Below are positions 62,302 to 64,000 of a DNA stretch of 64,000 bases, piece by piece. The notes beneath the pieces are model-generated. The model searched no databases. It saw only the letters and a program-made list of their open reading frames with translations, and was not told where the DNA came from. Made by a program: the position numbers and the translations under genes. The DNA comes from a virus, in IMG/VR virus record IMGVR_UViG_3300035670_000153, positions 1-64,000 of that record; one strand, written 5' to 3'. The first letter of the stretch is position 1, and every line of letters begins with the position of its first letter.

Positions 62302-62330
62302 ATCTTATCATGTTATTTAATATCTGTCAA
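62302..62330 (-). promoter_or_regulatory. sigma-A promoter for the tRNA/Y-RNA array
   Basis: TTGACA-17 nt-TAAGAT with TG extension and A/T-rich UP element. Confidence 0.8.
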
Positions 62331-62373
62331 GTACTTTTTAAAAAATTTATTTTTATTTTCTATTAATGTTATT

Positions 62374-62510
62374 AGTTAAGTGTTTTAGCTTATTACTATA
62401 TATGAAAGGAGGTTATCTATGAAAAAATAATTAATATTTATACAGAAAAATATTACTATACTATTTAAACTAATTTTTATTTTATAAAACCACTAAAACA
62501 CTTAACTTAA
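62374..62510 (-). ncRNA. candidate sRNA with 15-bp terminal stem and anti-SD loop
   Basis: perfect inverted repeat AGTTAAGTGTTTTAG/CTAAAACACTTAACT; own promoter just upstream. Confidence 0.5.
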
Positions 62511-62514
62511 TACT

Positions 62515-62543
62515 AGTCTACCATCATACTTTATATTTGTCAA
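62515..62543 (-). promoter_or_regulatory. sigma-A promoter
   Basis: TTGACA-17 nt-TAGACT with TG extension; same upstream AAAAGTAC as the 62302 promoter. Confidence 0.75.
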
Positions 62544-62621
62544 GTACTTTTAAAAATTTTTTATTATACATTTAAATATAAAAACAACGACATTCAAACG
62601 CACTAAATACAATGGTGCTAC

Positions 62622-62731
62622 TTTCATGCAAATTTTTTGCACGTAATTTTTATACGGATGAGAGTTTCATGCAAAAAATTTGCATGAGAATTTTTTATGG
62701 AGAGAGTTTCATGCAAATTTTTTGCACGTAA
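62622..62731. repeat. three palindromic iteron-like repeats (putative origin)
   Basis: TTTCATGCAAAWWWTTTGCAYG at 62622, 62665 and 62707 (43 and 42 bp period), followed by an AT-rich tract. Confidence 0.75.
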
Positions 62732-62932
62732 GTAGCCGTATATATATATAATAGTTACTATATAGATATATAGTATAGTTACTTTATTTTTTGATATATA
62801 AACATATTTACATTTTTACCTCACGGTAACCGATAAAATTTTCAATGAACAAAATTAAAACAAAAATAAATACTAAAACAAAAATCAAAATGAAAATCAA
62901 AATGAAAATCAAAATTAGAATCAAAATAAAAT

Positions 62933-63994
62933 TCAATCATCATTAGAACAAAAACTTTTATTATTAAAATTTTCAAACAAACAAACATCTTTTTTAGTGG
63001 AATAAAAATCTATACCATTAATTAAATCTTTTTCAAAATAATTTAAATAGTTTTTTTGATATTTAGTAATTATCCAATCAATACTTTTAACACGTTTATA
63101 CTCTTTTGATGTAAGTAAAGATATAATATTATTCCTAACATAATCCTTTTCTTGTTGAGTTCTTTTATCAAACCTATCAAAAGAATATATTAAATAATAA
63201 TTATATTCTATTCTTTGTAATAGTTTAACCCTATATCTATAATTAGGATTTTTAAGTTTATACCCTTGTTTTGTCATACTCCAAAAAGGCTTATCAGTTG
63301 ATATAGTATAAGATAAAATACCTTTATCGGCTAATATATCAATATTTCTTTTTATAGTTCCTCTGTCTGATTTTAAAACATTAGCAATATTTTCTAAAGA
63401 TGGAAAAGCATATTCACAATCCATATATTTATAAATTATATTATCAGGATTATCATTACTTGGATAATTATAACAATCAAATAATTTAAATCTATCAATT
63501 AAATATATTGTAATACAACATTGTAAAGCTGTCAAATGAATCAAACATCTATTAAAATATTCAATTGGGATAGGCTTATACCCTATCATTATATCTGATA
63601 AAGTTTCATTTTCTATATCACTATCAATAATCATATTATTTATGTTTTTAATTCTTTCATTTGATAATAGATTATTAATTATAATTTGATTATTATATAA
63701 GATTATTATGTTTAATTCGTCATTCTGTTTTATATCTAATATATTATTTTGACTTCCTATATCTATATATAAAACGTTTTTATTTATCAATTTAATTAAA
63801 TACTTCTTAATTGTTCTAATATCTTTAAAACTTGTTTTATCACATAACTCTTTAATAGTACAGTTTAAAAATATTTTATTTTGAGTGTGTGGATGACATA
63901 GAATAGTTAAATATAAATATAATCCTTCTATATCGACATTTGTAATTATATCACAGATATTATAATTCAATTTAAAAAAGTTTTTATAATTCAT
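62933..63994 (-). CDS. putative replication initiator (winged-HTH)
   Basis: two wHTH-like segments (TIKELCDK..DIRTIKKYL..L; AFPSLENIA..L..DRGTIKRNI..L..KGIL); adjacent to the iteron-like repeats. Confidence 0.6.
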   Translation of the reverse strand: MNYKNFFKLNYNICDIITNVDIEGLYLYLTILCHPHTQNKIFLNCTIKELCDKTSFKDIRTIKKYLIKLINKNVLYIDIGSQNNILDIKQNDELNIIILYNNQIIINNLLSNERIKNINNMIIDSDIENETLSDIMIGYKPIPIEYFNRCLIHLTALQCCITIYLIDRFKLFDCYNYPSNDNPDNIIYKYMDCEYAFPSLENIANVLKSDRGTIKRNIDILADKGILSYTISTDKPFWSMTKQGYKLKNPNYRYRVKLLQRIEYNYYLIYSFDRFDKRTQQEKDYVRNNIISLLTSKEYKRVKSIDWIITKYQKNYLNYFEKDLINGIDFYSTKKDVCLFENFNNKSFCSNDD

Positions 63995-64000
63995 CCCATT

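Noticed and set aside
3167-62935. Genome-wide UGA recoding
   Set aside because: TGA is a true terminal stop in several genes (for example 43517, 53293, 62933 and ATGA overlaps), and the long conserved genes are intact under code 11

Overview
This is a very AT-rich segment of a large Firmicutes (probably clostridial) phage genome. The host guess rests on the SLH-domain endolysin, sigma-A promoters and Firmicutes-type Shine-Dalgarno (SD) sites. Positions 1-1.8 kb (+ strand) carry the end of the lysis module. Everything past a bidirectional terminator at about 1.95 kb is on the minus strand. That part holds nucleotide metabolism genes, a CmoA-like plus C5-methyltransferase pair, a NARP1-like NAD+ reconstitution pair, many small accessory ORFs, a GH16 glucanase, an SPbeta-like replication module, LigA and a PARP. 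It ends in an RNA-repair island (Pnk-HD, RNA ligase, RlaP-like nucleotidyltransferase, Ro60/TROVE). Upstream of the Ro60 gene is a 3-kb non-coding array with 9 canonical tRNAs, 1 aberrant tRNA and 8 members of one Y-RNA-like family, three of which carry a circularly permuted tRNA module. Next come a candidate anti-SD sRNA, iteron-like repeats and a Rep-like gene. Best leads: the Ro60/multi-Y-RNA/tRNA-repair system, and a putative DNA carboxymethylation pair (CmoA-like gene plus an MTase with motif X GNS changed to GRG). All calls come from reading motifs by eye; no searches or folding programs were run.
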